Of a stretch of DNA of 64,000 nucleotides, positions 11,308 through 24,295 are shown in pieces. A program made the translations under genes and the position numbers. Origin of the DNA: Mizuhopecten yessoensis (lineage: Eukaryota); the NCBI RefSeq assembly GCF_002113885.1, contig NW_018408491.1, forward strand, positions 190,061 to 254,060, read 5' to 3'. The notes beneath the pieces are model-generated. The model worked only from the letters and a program-made list of their open reading frames with translations, made no database searches and was not told the origin of the DNA. Within the stretch, counting starts at the first letter, position 1. Every line of letters begins with the position of its first letter.

Positions 11308-12963
11308 ATGGAGTCGTTGTGTGTTAAACTACTGAAATCAATATTCATTCTGCCATTTTGTGCTGGGAATTTAAGAAGGCGCCGAAATGGATTATGGAAT
11401 TACGACTGTACAATCTCGTCTCGTGTTTTGTTCCTGATCATCGTTGCTGTAGTGATAGTGTTCACCGCCAGCAGAGAGATACAAACACATGTCGAAGTTC
11501 GGTTGGGATTTGTTCTACTCCTCCTCACAGTAATCATGTTAAGTACAATATGTGGCATGTGTCACCTTGGATGGTTGGTACAGAAAGACGGTCTCCTATC
11601 CATCGTTTCCGCTAAACGCGACACAAGAACACCGAAACTTCAAGTGGTATTCCTGTGGGTATTCGGTATCGGGTCTGGACTGTATTGTGCATTATTTGTC
11701 GGGAAACAAATCGAATGTTCAGTACTTACTAATGGAGGATTTTATTGGCATGCTTTATTTTATTTCAATATCTTATTAACTATTTCCATTTTCACGGACT
11801 TGATTTTTCTTTCTTATTTTTCGCCGTTTGAACTAAAACAAACAACTTCAGTTAATTTTGCTATGTTTATTACTTTAACTGCAAATGTAACTGTAATACT
11901 ATATATTTATCTTTTGGATGGTACACTTTTATTTGTGAAAATAATCGACCCTGATGTTCAGTTGATTTCCTGTATAGACAACAACAGTACAATGACAATT
12001 CTTCTAGACAAATCACGACGATTTCTAGCGCCAACTTTTGTTGAGTTCGCCCTTCTATCGACAACATTACTTCTTGATATTTGGTCACTTACTCAAGTTT
12101 ATCATCCTGATAGCGGATCAACTAGCATCGAAATAAATGACAGAGATAATTCGGAACAGACAACCTTTATTCAAAGCGCTGACAATCAGGACTCGGAGCA
12201 GATATGTCTTTTAAGTTCAGTTACATGTACCAATGATGATCCGAATCAAGCATATCGTCAGCATGCAGCGATCGAACCTTATCATTCCGAAAATGGCGAT
12301 AGACGAAAAGTATCACAGATTGTAACCTTGGTTGGCAGCTTAACTGCAGGACTAGGACTTGTCGTTTGTTATACTGCACAAGCCATGGCTATGGAAAACA
12401 TAAAAAACATTCGATACGCAACTGAAATTTATGAATTAACATTAGCAGTTGTAATGGTGCTTGTGATCTTTGTTGGTTTCTTTTGTTTGACTTATTACTG
12501 TACTCCTGACAGATCAGCTAAACATCTGCGGCCTAGTGATTATGTGTACTTACTATCAGCATTTGGTGTAATTATGCTTCATTTCTATGAAGCTTTGGGT
12601 GGTGACGTGTCCTCCGATTCGGCCGGTAGTATTATTCTGTACAGAAGTATAATAAGCCTATTTCAAGATTACCTACAAGTTGTCTTTCTACTCCAGGCGA
12701 ATCGATGTAAGAAATCTCGATCAAGCGTTGATCTGCTTGAATCGGTTCTGATATTTACAATGATAATTAATATAATATTCTGGTTTAACAATAGCTTTCT
12801 TTTAGCTGAATTCCCAAGTACAAGCATACTCGAAAATGATCACTTTTCTAAGGAATTGTTGGGTTTAGTGTATAAAGTTTTGATACCTGTGGCAATATTC
12901 TTTAGATTTACATCTTTTTTAGAATTCTATGCAACATTCGAGAAATATCGTTCTCAGGAATAA
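11308..12963 (+). CDS. Otopetrin-family proton channel-like protein, copy B (551 aa, single coding exon)
   Basis: Intact ORF, colinear with copy A over its whole length, with the same motifs. Confidence 0.9.
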   Translation: MESLCVKLLKSIFILPFCAGNLRRRRNGLWNYDCTISSRVLFLIIVAVVIVFTASREIQTHVEVRLGFVLLLLTVIMLSTICGMCHLGWLVQKDGLLSIVSAKRDTRTPKLQVVFLWVFGIGSGLYCALFVGKQIECSVLTNGGFYWHALFYFNILLTISIFTDLIFLSYFSPFELKQTTSVNFAMFITLTANVTVILYIYLLDGTLLFVKIIDPDVQLISCIDNNSTMTILLDKSRRFLAPTFVEFALLSTTLLLDIWSLTQVYHPDSGSTSIEINDRDNSEQTTFIQSADNQDSEQICLLSSVTCTNDDPNQAYRQHAAIEPYHSENGDRRKVSQIVTLVGSLTAGLGLVVCYTAQAMAMENIKNIRYATEIYELTLAVVMVLVIFVGFFCLTYYCTPDRSAKHLRPSDYVYLLSAFGVIMLHFYEALGGDVSSDSAGSIILYRSIISLFQDYLQVVFLLQANRCKKSRSSVDLLESVLIFTMIINIIFWFNNSFLLAEFPSTSILENDHFSKELLGLVYKVLIPVAIFFRFTSFLEFYATFEKYRSQE

Positions 12964-13744
12964 TACATGCAAGAAGATGTGCTCCATTGTCAACCATCTT
13001 CTTAAAATTTGTAAAAAGAAGACGTCAGAAAGTTTCATCGGGATTTTAGAACATATTTATATTTTTAGAATGTACAGTAAAACCTCGTCATATTGCCAAC
13101 ATTTACAAATTAGGGCGTTATAAGTAGGTTCGGTGATAAAGTGAGATAATAGTACATGTATAACGAAATTCTTAAGAAAACGAGAAAAAATTAAACATTG
13201 AAATATCTGGCGATAAACGAGATAGTAAATGATAGAAATTGGGCGTTACGTCGAGGTTTTACTATAAATATAATGTCTGTCTGTATACCTATTAATTCAT
13301 GCTAGTTATATCGGGTTTTAAGTAAGTGTATGGGGCCATTTAAATTTAGATTTATCATAACAAATATCTATGTCTGTTCACAATTGCAATCGTACAGCAC
13401 CATATGACTTTTGATTTACAGCGTTAAAATATATCACAATTGATCATGTTAACGAATTCCCAAGTCATCCATTATACAACAGCCGTTTTTATGAACATGT
13501 TCTGACAATTTGATTGGATAAAACCTTGGACTGTGGAACTTGTCAGCTTTACAATTGGCGTTGTAAGACTTTGTGCTCTTCCATCCACTATATAGTGACA
13601 TCATTCATGGTTAAGTTTTACAAGTGTTAGCTTTACAAACATTTTTAATTAACTCAATTCGATCATCTTTATTTCGAATCTTTGCTGTATAGTTAGATAT
13701 ATATTTGTTAATGTCTGTAAAGAATGTCTTGTCTTAAATTTTTT

Positions 13745-13750
13745 AATAAA
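13745..13750 (+). terminator. Probable polyadenylation signal of copy B
   Basis: AATAAA within a 3'-flank block homologous to 6600-6770. Confidence 0.55.
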
Positions 13751-15122
13751 ATCAAACTCACAGTAGAAGTTATAAGTTATTTATGGTGCGGCAAACATTT
13801 CCTGGTGTGAGAAACAGGCTTGTTCATTTATTGTTTTAAGTATCAGCACACATAAGTATGATTCAGGTTTTTTCCCAAAACAAATCTAAAACTTCCCACA
13901 TACACTATTAAAGTGTCTCAAGTGCAAAATTGTATACGTGTAATTATATCAGAGATTGAATTGACTAATGAAGTAACGGTGACACGGTTCATTCATGTAA
14001 TAATCTAATGTTTGTAGTGGATTTTTCTTACATACAAGAACAGAAGTTTAACAACACAAAGGGATAACACTACAACTGTGTTTAATGAAACTGACCGAAA
14101 CAGCTGATAAATAGTCGATAGGTAAGTCGCGGTGACTTTCTTTTTCAATAGGCATAACTGTGTTACCTGTGTGTCTCAATTAACATAATCACCACGCGAT
14201 ACTACATATCGATATATGTTGATCATGGTTCACAAGTATATTGACGTCGAGACAGAAGTATAAGTTTGAAGTTCATAACTTGTCCCTCTCTGGCCATCTC
14301 TCAAGCATCAAAACATCTTCCACGGTATTGATGAAGTTTGAAGAAAACCTAGGATGCAGATCACCAGGTAATTGACAGACACTCATAGGGAAGGCCCTAA
14401 AGAATACCAAATCGTATGTAGAAGATATTGAATTGTTTATCGTTGAATACCATACATATTTAATTAGCTTAGCAGAATACAGATATTGTTTACGACTGAA
14501 AATATCGGTATATTCTAGCATACTAGTGAATGAAATATGGTTTCCAACTGGAACAAAATTAGACTTTCTATTTATTACATTTTTCAAATGTAAAACGACA
14601 AATTGAATATTGCTGCATCAAAGACGTTCGAAAATTACCTTTAACAGAGCCGATAAAACAATAAAAGAAATATGAGTAGATGTTATAATTGTGGACTTAA
14701 ATGTGTTTATTTCCTCAGTCTTTTGGGACCCTAGAGATTGATCACAACTGCTGCTTGATGTCCACCTCAGACATCTGTGATTCAACCTGTGAAATATCCC
14801 GAGTTATCATTTCATCCATAATTGTGTTGCATCAATAAATAAAAAATGAAATTAAAATACAACTATCAGTAAGTTATTATTTATAAGACGTCCTCTGCAT
14901 TAATATGAAATTTCTTTAGAAATAAATATCAAACAGTCGTGTTCGTGTATATGGTTATATAAATCTGCAATACCTGTTGCACCCATTATGATATTACTAT
15001 ATAACATAGTTTAAAACAGATCTTACAGGTCAAAGGCAAGTAACTCACAATTTCTGTTATACCATATCGCGTGGTTACCGTGTAATGCGTCATCTCAAAT
15101 ATAGATTTGAATGTTGTCTTCT

Positions 15123-15525
15123 TTAATTTGACGGAAAGATACTGCCATCACTTTGTCGAGGTCGTCTACAGCAGCAAACGTTTTCCATCACATGAGACAA
15201 CAAGTGTCTTATTTCTTTGAGTGTATTGTTTATGTCTGTTACCTCCTCTATTGTCTTTCTTTCGTAATCGTCTCCCTGAAAATAAATGTCAGCTTCATGT
15301 AGCGAGGTATTCAAATACATCATTTAAATCATCGCGCGTAATGCCCGTGTTACGGAATGTATGTGTGTGCACGTTCAGCACGGACCACCTGTCCATATCC
15401 CAGTCACCACCGTCTCCCTACTACACTCTGACTTTACCTCTCGACGGTATCCAGTCACTACTTACTTTGGATGATCTTTGCAAGTGTTTATGTGTGTCAG
15501 TATACAAAAATATAATTTCAAACAT
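15123..15525 (-). CDS. Candidate small two-exon ORF (15525-15466 + 15275-15123, 70 aa), unknown product
   Basis: A canonical donor AAA|GTAAGT and acceptor TTTATTTTCAG| join in frame: MFEIIFLYTDTHKHLQRSSK|GDDYERKTIEEVTDINNTLKEIRHLLSHVMENVCCCRRPRQSDGSIFPSN. No homology recognised. Confidence 0.25.
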
Positions 15526-15856
15526 GATAAGCAGTCGTCATATTTCATCATCGTATATCCTTTTTTTCGTATTGTGAGCGATATGTGTGTGTGATTACGT
15601 ATGTTTATTTATTTCATAGGTGTATTTGTCAACGACAGAGAACGAATACAGCTAACATTTACTGGAACTGCGTTTGAGTTGTTCTTAATATTAGAACCTA
15701 CTCTTTTGTCAATAACTGGTGAATGATGCCCTGATTGTTGCAGCAACGTACTTAAAGAGCACAACTTAATCCGCCTGGTCTTCTTTGATTTATTTTGTGA
15801 CCGGACTGAGCAATCTCGAAAAAAAGAGTAAAGGGAGACTAACAAGGGTAGTATTT

Positions 15857-16861
15857 CTTGATTCAAAGTGGTCGACTTCCTTTTTTGACGGCAAGTGGGA
15901 TTTTTTCTTTAAACAGCAAATATGCAATCGATTGTAAAAAAAAACAACATAAATTCGTCACGGGATTCCCCTCATTAGTTAAGGCCCCTCTAAATTTGTA
16001 ATTACATTGTACTCCATTAGGGAGTGCTATTTTGCTTTCGTATCTAAAACCATATTCGTATTTTGCATATACTGTGTTATTATACCATCCATAAAAAGTC
16101 CAGCATTCAGTCAGCACAAAATAAGTAAAATAATGAAATGACTTCCCTAAACGATTTTAAAGGACTCTGCCTATATATGCGATTCTCTATTTTAACATTT
16201 AAATGTAAATGTTCAAGCCTGAATACTTATATTGCATATAACATTCAATCTAACCTTATTAAGATAACTTCACTTCAATGGGCGTTACTACAGGTGGAGT
16301 GGGAGACGTAGCATAGCCTTTTGCAAGTCATGTTCCTGTAAGCATTGATAGCTTCATCATTGAGGTGTTGTGTGAAAAGGGTATTGTCTAAATCATTGCT
16401 ATCTTTACTATACAGCATTACGTGTTCAGTGAAATGTAAGCATTGTCAACTTTGCTACATTGGTACATGTGAACAATGTAACCTTAATTTACATATCCTT
16501 AGTAAGTATATCACTACGCATGCGTGGTTAAGATATTGGATTTCCCAAAGTAAAATTAACTTCCTGTTTCCTTTATTACAATAGAGCAAACGCACTGTGT
16601 GATTTCTAACTTAATAACTAGTTACTTTACTCTATAATGCGGTACATATCTACTAACTAACCACCCACCGACATTGTATGTACACTACATGTAAGACCGT
16701 AGTCAATGACTGGGTCTTCGTAACATGTATACTTAGCGCATCCCCTTCCACGTCATTAAACATATCATACATGAAGTGTTGAAGACCTATATTGTCCTGC
16801 TTATCTGGCGAAGTCTACATAATTAAGGGATTTTTTTTTTTTACTTCTATACAAGGTAAGG
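15857..16861 (+). promoter_or_regulatory. Orphan duplicate of the upstream region and first exon of otopetrin copy D, ending in a splice donor at 16856
   Basis: 15857-16205 aligns patchily with 22669-23335, and 16255-16860 aligns well with 27605-28336. Both end TACAAG|GTAAG. Confidence 0.75.
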
Positions 16862-17533
16862 TATTTCGAATCATCATAGAATATTTAAGGAATCAAAATG
16901 TTTTAAAATGATATGATTATTCTTTAGTGCATTATAAATGTGTATTAAGATTATTTACACTGCATTGCATAAAGTATCCGTAAATTTATTCATGGAGATA
17001 ATAGCAGTAGATCGTTCATGATCAAACGGACTAACTGACTGAAACACACAGGTAGGCACGCTCACACACATGTACACAGGAACACCCTTAAACAAACATT
17101 CACAAATAAACACGCTCAAACGTCAATAAGGGCACGTTGTAAGATGTACGGTGTACTTATGAAATTCAACTCCTTAATTATCTTCATTGTATTGAGAAAA
17201 TTGTTAGTCATATTTGAAATAGGATGGAAGGTGGGTAAACTCCAAACTTTTATGAATTTCGAAAATTATAGAAATGGTGGTAAAATACAGACAGTGGTTT
17301 ATGTACGATTATTCAGTCTTACCTGTAGTAGGTGTATACGCTGTATGAAAGGGGGTGTTCACTATTCGTGAGCATCGAGGATGTAAAATTAAACAAAGAT
17401 ACAAAAGAAAAAGAATTTATAATTTTGAATAGCGAAAATCCGGTTGTTTGTCTGTCTGTCATATCTAACACACAGTCACTCAAGGACGTATACTCTCCAT
17501 CCTATTATTAAATGCTGTATAAAAAAAATGCTG

Positions 17534-17534
<1 letters not shown>

Positions 17535-17568
<34 letters not shown>
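17535..17568. repeat. (ATT)n microsatellite
   Basis: About 11 units directly visible. Confidence 0.9.
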
Positions 17569-19285
17569 CCTAGTTCAGCCTTGGATATGAACTATTTTAT
17601 GACGTCATTTGCACCTAGTTCTCAAGTGATACTACAAATTAGCTATATCTAATATGTTACCGATTCATTGCATGTTCTGCATTCAGCGTTATGACGTATG
17701 GGTTGAAATATATGACACTGGTTTATCTGAAGCAGAGTTGCGTTTTCGCTGTTAGTGTTATTACACAAGTTACACCCTGTTGAGTAATGTGTACCGCAAT
17801 ATTGTTGATTTGTTTAAATACATAATTGCTAATATTAACCTTTAAAAGACAAACAAATATTGCTTTATAAAATATCATTACCGTGAGGGAAAACAGGGGC
17901 TAGGAGTTGTCTCAACTCGATTTTCTTTTCTTTTTATTTTAAATTATACGTTCCTTACAACTTTTTATTTTATTTCACAAGCATGTTGATAAATGGAGAA
18001 TAGCCAGGGTAAGGGTTCATGAGTTCAATTCTCCTGAACAAATAGTGTCCTCTGTCTCTTTCATACATTATTGACGCATAATTTACTTGACGTCATGCTA
18101 TCATCATTTATTTGCATATTATTCAATACAATTTGTTGTTGATTTTCTTTATCATGCCTTCTTCTGTTTTACCCTTACAACGCTCATCACCACTCAAGCT
18201 CCTCGCTATATGACGTACTTAATGATTTTTGTTTTCCGCTTTTGAAAATATCAGCTAAATAAATATTCCGTACCTCAAAACAAAGACTGCTTGCCAATGA
18301 AATTAACTGACAAACAATAAACTACTGAAATGCTAAACGCTAGTGTTCATCAGGCAAATGGTCCTATGTTAAAAGATCTGACTAAGATTTTTCCAGTCCT
18401 TTCAATGAGAATAAATTAAAGATCAATTTCGATAATGACGTGAAATGTCATTATTTTTTCAAGCATAGGTTAAAAATCAAGATAATAGCATGTTTCAAGA
18501 AGATTGAATCAGAACGGCATAACGCAAAAAAAGTTGTTTTTATGAATACTGAGGCCACAATGCATCTACATCTTGCGTGTTAAGTCACTATGCATCGTGC
18601 ACACATGCCTTGTCTGGTCGAAGGTCACGTGCATGGAGCAATGCAGTATATCAACCAATGAATACGCCTTCATTCTCTTCATGGCAATTTTGCACAAAAC
18701 GAACGTATTCATAAATAAAACACTACGATATCAATACAGTTTAAACGAATACAAGGAAATGATTTTAAAAAAAAGGATTTTCATGTTTTACCACATATAT
18801 TATAGACTGTATGATTTTGTTCACAGTACGTTCTTAAGTGACCCTATATGTTGATAGGACGTTAAACCCTGTACAACCAACTGTTTACAGTTTTAGCTGA
18901 CAGTACTAAAAAGGCACCGCCTTAGTTTAATGCATACACCTCTATGTCTGACTCTAAAAAGTTGTGTAATATTTACGGTAATATGTTGTTTGTTTTTATT
19001 CTAAGCCAACAAATGCAAGTACATTGAAACATATAATTTCCTTACGGCATCGGGGGAAAACACTAAAACAAAATTGAACAAAGGAAAAACATCACACTTC
19101 CCTTTTGTCCATCAAACATCTTCATGTATTAGTTACCATATAGTAAAGCCCATTTTAAAAATGGTACATACCTGAAAACCATTTGGACTTAAAATCAAGA
19201 ACATATTTATTACATATCATCAAGCCATAATCTTACATTTCAATTTCATAATTTCTTTTCACGTAAGCTCTCTAAAACTATTTGT

Positions 19286-20839
19286 TTATGATGTATATCT
19301 ACCAAATGTTGCGTAGTATTCCATAAAAGAAGTGAATCGAAAGTACATTGACACGGGAAGTAAAACTTGATACATCAAAGGAAATATTTCCTTTGTTAGT
19401 ATGGCATTTGTAAGTATCCGTGTACTGGAAAATTCATAAAGGAGAAAACTATCGTTAAACCAGAGGATAAAGTTGCTTATCATGATAAATATCAGAATTG
19501 ATTCAAGAAAAGCGACATTTGAATGAGGGTCAGATTTTTTACAACGGTTTGCATACATCAAAAATACGACCTGGAGATAGTCTTGGAAAACGCTAAGGAT
19601 GCTTGTAGCCATATATATATTTGCTGAATGATCGGAAGACACATCACCTACTATCCCTTCAAACATATGCATCATGATCATACCAAACGCCGATAGCAAA
19701 TACACATACTCCCGAGATTTCAAACCTTTCGCTGAACTGTCAGGAGTACAGTAATTTACCAAACAAAAGAATCCAGCAAGTATCACTATCATCATTACAA
19801 GTTTTAACGAAAATTCATATGTTACAGCAATGAAGCTAATACTTTCTATTTTTTCTGTGTCCAACGCCATCGCGACGTAACACACAACAAGACCGATACT
19901 TGTTGTTAAACTCACAGCCAGTGTTATCAAATGGCACACCTTCATTTTGCCTTGATTTCCGGAAATCGGATGCTCAACTGATGTGAGATCGTAAGGCAGA
20001 GATATCAACTCCGTAGTCCCTCTCTCCGTGTACGATGATCCTATATCAGAATAATGAATTTCCGTGGGTGACCATATCTCAAGAATTATGGCAGCTGAAA
20101 GAAGACCATGCTCCACAAATGTTGGATCTAAAAATTTCCGTAATTTAACCCTTAGAAAAGTCATTGTAGTATTGTCTTTTAAGCAGGAACTTAAACTCGC
20201 TTCATAGTCAATGTTTATTAAATACGAAATTGTATCGCCCATCAGATAGATGTACAAAATCACAGATATATTAGCGGTTAACAGCAATAGCATAACGTAA
20301 TTCACCAAAATAGTCTGTTTCAGTTTGAATGATGAAAAGTAAGTGATGAAAATCAGTTGTGAAAATAGGCAAAAGATCAATAAGATATTGAACCAAAGTA
20401 ATGCATTCCAATAGAATCCTCCAGAAGAACACTCGATCTGCTTGCCAACAAATAAAGCACAATACAATCCCGATGCCAGACCGAAAACCCACAGGAATAT
20501 CACTTCCAGTTTTGGTGTATTGGAGTTTCGTCTTGCAGCAACAACGGATTGGATGCCTTGTTTCCGAACAAGGCATCCCATAATATAGCTCCCAATCACC
20601 CCAGAGACCATAAGTAATGACAGAAGAATTGTGACAAATCCCAATCGAAGATTCATATGTGTTGGTATCCATTTGGTGGCGGAGAATACTATCACTATTG
20701 AAAGAACGAGCAGGAACAGAACACGGGACGAAATGGTACAATCATAATACCAGGATCCATTCTGTCGTCTTCGGTAATTTCCAGCTGCGAACGGTAGAAT
20801 GAATATTGACGTCAACAGCTTTCCCAACCAGGAATTCAT
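19286..20839 (-). CDS. Otopetrin-family proton channel-like protein, copy C (517 aa, single coding exon)
   Basis: Intact ORF colinear with A and B, with a shorter central loop. The first ATG is at 20839, 13 nt after the acceptor CTTTTAG (20853). AATAAA on the minus strand at 19206-19211. Confidence 0.9.
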   Translation of the reverse strand: MNSWLGKLLTSIFILPFAAGNYRRRQNGSWYYDCTISSRVLFLLVLSIVIVFSATKWIPTHMNLRLGFVTILLSLLMVSGVIGSYIMGCLVRKQGIQSVVAARRNSNTPKLEVIFLWVFGLASGLYCALFVGKQIECSSGGFYWNALLWFNILLIFCLFSQLIFITYFSSFKLKQTILVNYVMLLLLTANISVILYIYLMGDTISYLINIDYEASLSSCLKDNTTMTFLRVKLRKFLDPTFVEHGLLSAAIILEIWSPTEIHYSDIGSSYTERGTTELISLPYDLTSVEHPISGNQGKMKVCHLITLAVSLTTSIGLVVCYVAMALDTEKIESISFIAVTYEFSLKLVMMIVILAGFFCLVNYCTPDSSAKGLKSREYVYLLSAFGMIMMHMFEGIVGDVSSDHSANIYMATSILSVFQDYLQVVFLMYANRCKKSDPHSNVAFLESILIFIMISNFILWFNDSFLLYEFSSTRILTNAILTKEIFPLMYQVLLPVSMYFRFTSFMEYYATFGRYTS

Positions 20840-22004
20840 GGTCAAGTAAACACTAAAAGAAAAATATAATAGAAACAGTTTCCTTTTGGAATATTGAGTA
20901 TTCCTTTACATAATGCCATTGTGAAATAATACGGATGTATATGTTATCGTTTTGGTTTACGATATGGTATTACATTCATAACAGGTGGTCAATATGATGC
21001 CATAGGATTGTACAAGATGGATATATAAGTTCTGTTTTATAACTTATTGAGAAATTTATACTATTAAATGCATATATGATATAGACAATTGTTATTCTGA
21101 GCGTATGTGTTTGAAAATTGACATCATAATGATATCTGTGAGAATTGGACACTCAAAAGTTTAGACCGTGGCATTTTAATCTGTATACTATTGATTTCCT
21201 TGTTATCAGTAAAATTTACGGAATTTAGAACTGCAATAAAAAACGTATACAAAGTTTCACGGAAACAGCAGACGAATCTAAGGGGACATAATAAAATTCT
21301 ACGGTCCCAAATACAATCAGAAATGAAACGAGGCATAGGTTTTACTACACATATAACGTAGTGATACTTTGTCAAGGGAACGTAGAATTTCATATATAAT
21401 AACAGTCGACAATCCTGTCTGGATTTCAACATTGAGTTCTATATACCCATCAGGGATTCCCATTCACTTAAAATCTGTTAACACTTCCTTGTTCTGATTT
21501 GGTATATAATAGTTAAACAACTTACAAATATATAGATTTTATCATACATACTCGAAAAGACAGGCGTTGACAATAAAATGAATGCATGAACCCTTGTTTA
21601 AACTTAACTCAGAATATTGATTTTTGAGACGACATAAGACATATTATCTATAGGCTGTATATGTGTATGTGAGTGTGTAGGGGTAAGGGGGTGGCGGTTG
21701 GGAAAATAACTTTACCAACGAACACAAACCAAAGCATTGATGTAAGTATAAACAAATGTCTCCGATTAAAATGAAAGTTGATCGTAGGACTCTCACATAT
21801 TATTTCACCTTTAACATTTTGTAGCCGACACAGTTTGCCAAATACGAAGAACACTGCACCATACAACTGTTTTTGTCCTTCTAGGTCTCCAAGGAGAAAT
21901 CCAGATTGGTGAAGATGTGTAAAATCCCATAAATATATGAATTTCATAAAAGCGAAAATAAGGACAGGTACGATGTAGACAGTGGTTTATATATGAATAG
22001 TAAG

Positions 22005-22133
22005 CCTTACCTGTGGTTAGCATATACGTCCGCCTTAGTCTAGTACTTGTGATGCTTTGTAAAACACATATAATGAAGTCTTTCCAAATCGCCTTGCCTT
22101 ATGCTGCAACAGAGAGCATTTACACTATTTATA
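22005..22133 (-). promoter_or_regulatory. TATA box and non-coding first exon of copy C
   Basis: TATAAATA at 22133-22126, and donor CAG|GTAAGG with the intron starting at 22010 (same donor sequence as copy B). Confidence 0.65.
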
Positions 22134-22457
22134 CCCAACGAAACAACAAGGATGTAATATTTTTAAATATATAAATAGTTTTGAATTACGTAACATGTAG
22201 TAGCGTGAAACCGTTTTTTGTGTGGTTTGTTACGAGATTATAAAGAATGTGTAAGATGATATATATTATGACGACTGTAAGAACGTCTGTGGTCGTATGT
22301 TTATTACATCAAACACAAAAACACCCAATCACAAACACTCACACACTTCAACAGGAGCAAGTGTTAAGATGTACAACGTACCTGTATAAACAACATTTGA
22401 TATTGCGCCCTATCTAACTAACATAAGCCACTCTAAAGCGCTTTAGAGTACATAGAT

Positions 22458-22666
22458 ATACAATTTTATACAGTCAATACAGTTAGCATATATATCAATC
22501 AATACAATATTGAGGAATTCGCAGGATCTGCCTTATCAGGCGCTAACTACTAGTCCTATGCCACATGGCTATTATCTCCCTATGTGTTTATGCCTGTGTG
22601 TATGCTGGAGATGTATTGTGTTCCGTTTGTAGTGGGACCGTGCTTCCAAAGGTATCATTTACAGTA
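22458..22666 (-). mobile_element. Truncated copy of the repeat at 640-1206, lacking the nested SINE
   Basis: Direct alignment, e.g. CCTTATCAGGCGCTAAC and GCTGGAGATGTATTGTGTTC. Confidence 0.75.
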
Positions 22667-24115
22667 GTTCTTGATTCAAACTGGTCGACATCCCTTTTTG
22701 ACGGCAAGTGAGATGTTCTCTTCGAACAGCAATTACGCAAATGATTGTACACCAAACCATAAATTCGTACCTTTATATTTTGTTAGGAATCATCTGTCCC
22801 TTGTAGTTTGAATTATTTCACATAAGGCAATAAAATGGGATAAATATCATTGCTAATTGGTTCATTCTAAATTGTTATATATTGTATGATCATTGTACCA
22901 AATGTAGATATCCAACAGAGGTGATAGATATGAGAAATGTTCTCAAACTTCTCTTGTTTGTCATTAATATTTGGGTTTATCCGTGCATATGATCATACCT
23001 GAACCTATTTACATTGATATAAAAATGAATAATTGATCAGTTTACTTGATTATATCCAGATGTTGGTTTTTTCCGCCATTTCTCGTGAACTGAATCAGAC
23101 AGGCCATGTGATTACCTTCAATTGTTTAAGCCCCTCTCCATGTTTAGATGTATTGCACTTCAATAGGGACTGTATCAGTCGAATGATGCGATGAATTCAC
23201 AGAACATCTTAAATGTCTCTGCCAGCCAAAACTGTTAAAATTGAAATATAATTCCATAAGTCATTCAGTTGTTTTAGAGATATCTTTTGCATTTACAACA
23301 CCTACATATGTGATTCTTTATTTAAACGTTTTAAGTTTTATTTTCAACTGAATTCTTATATTTTATGTAGAGTTATCAAAATATCAATTAAGATAATTTA
23401 TTTTTAAGTTGACGTGTTGGCTTCTGCTTTGTATGTCTTGACAAGTTTAAGTTGTTGAACAGTCATCTTAATTGATCAAATATTACAATCATTAGAAATC
23501 CCTGTCCCACTGCATTGGGTTTTTCCCCTTTTATACAGTAACCTCCTCTTAACTTCCGTTTCGATATACCTATAGCACAGTTGGGCTAGGACACTTCTGT
23601 TCGAATATAATGTAGTCCCGCTGACTTCATTTAAATCAGAACATTGTTGTTGATATTTTTTATGTTTATTTCATCTCTTTGATTTTTCATAAAAGTGTTA
23701 CGTTGTGTGGGTTTTCCTTACAAAAATGATTTATCAAGCTATAGTCATGCTGGTAAAATCGGTTGCCAGTGCATAGATACGGTTTTTGGTTTGGCAGTGG
23801 TGCAGGGAACCTTAAGTAAACACGTAATTCCAGATTCCGGGTCTCATCTTTCAATGTCTTTTTGCTGTAATACAGTTTTTGAAAACTTCCAGGTAGTCAT
23901 GATATAGGTCGCTGATGACATGTTGCATATTTAGGTTCCGTCTTCCTTGTTTGATAGGATGTGTATATTTAAAAACAAATATAATTATATGTATTTTATT
24001 TAAGTTAGAGCTGACACTATAAAATAATTCGCTCAGACGACGGGCGTCGAACCCGAACGTAACATTGAGCCACAATTCAAGTTCTTCCAGAGTCTCTCGT
24101 AATGCTTGCCAGTGT

Positions 24116-24295
24116 TTGGTTTAGTTTGGTTTAGTATTGTTTAACGTCGTCCTACCAACAGCTATGGTCATTCAGGGACGGCCTCCCCTGATGCCGACTT
24201 TATGGTGCTGCCTAACTGAAACATACTGCCGAAGCCAACCAGCAGGACACATCACCCGGTTACATTATACTGACAACGGGCGAACCAATCCTCGT
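24116..24295 (-). mobile_element. Partial SINE of the 7040 family (3' part with microsatellite-like tail)
   Basis: TTTAACGTC..CAACAGCTA..GTCATT and CCCGGTTACATTATACTGACAACGGG are shared with the other copies. Confidence 0.7.
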
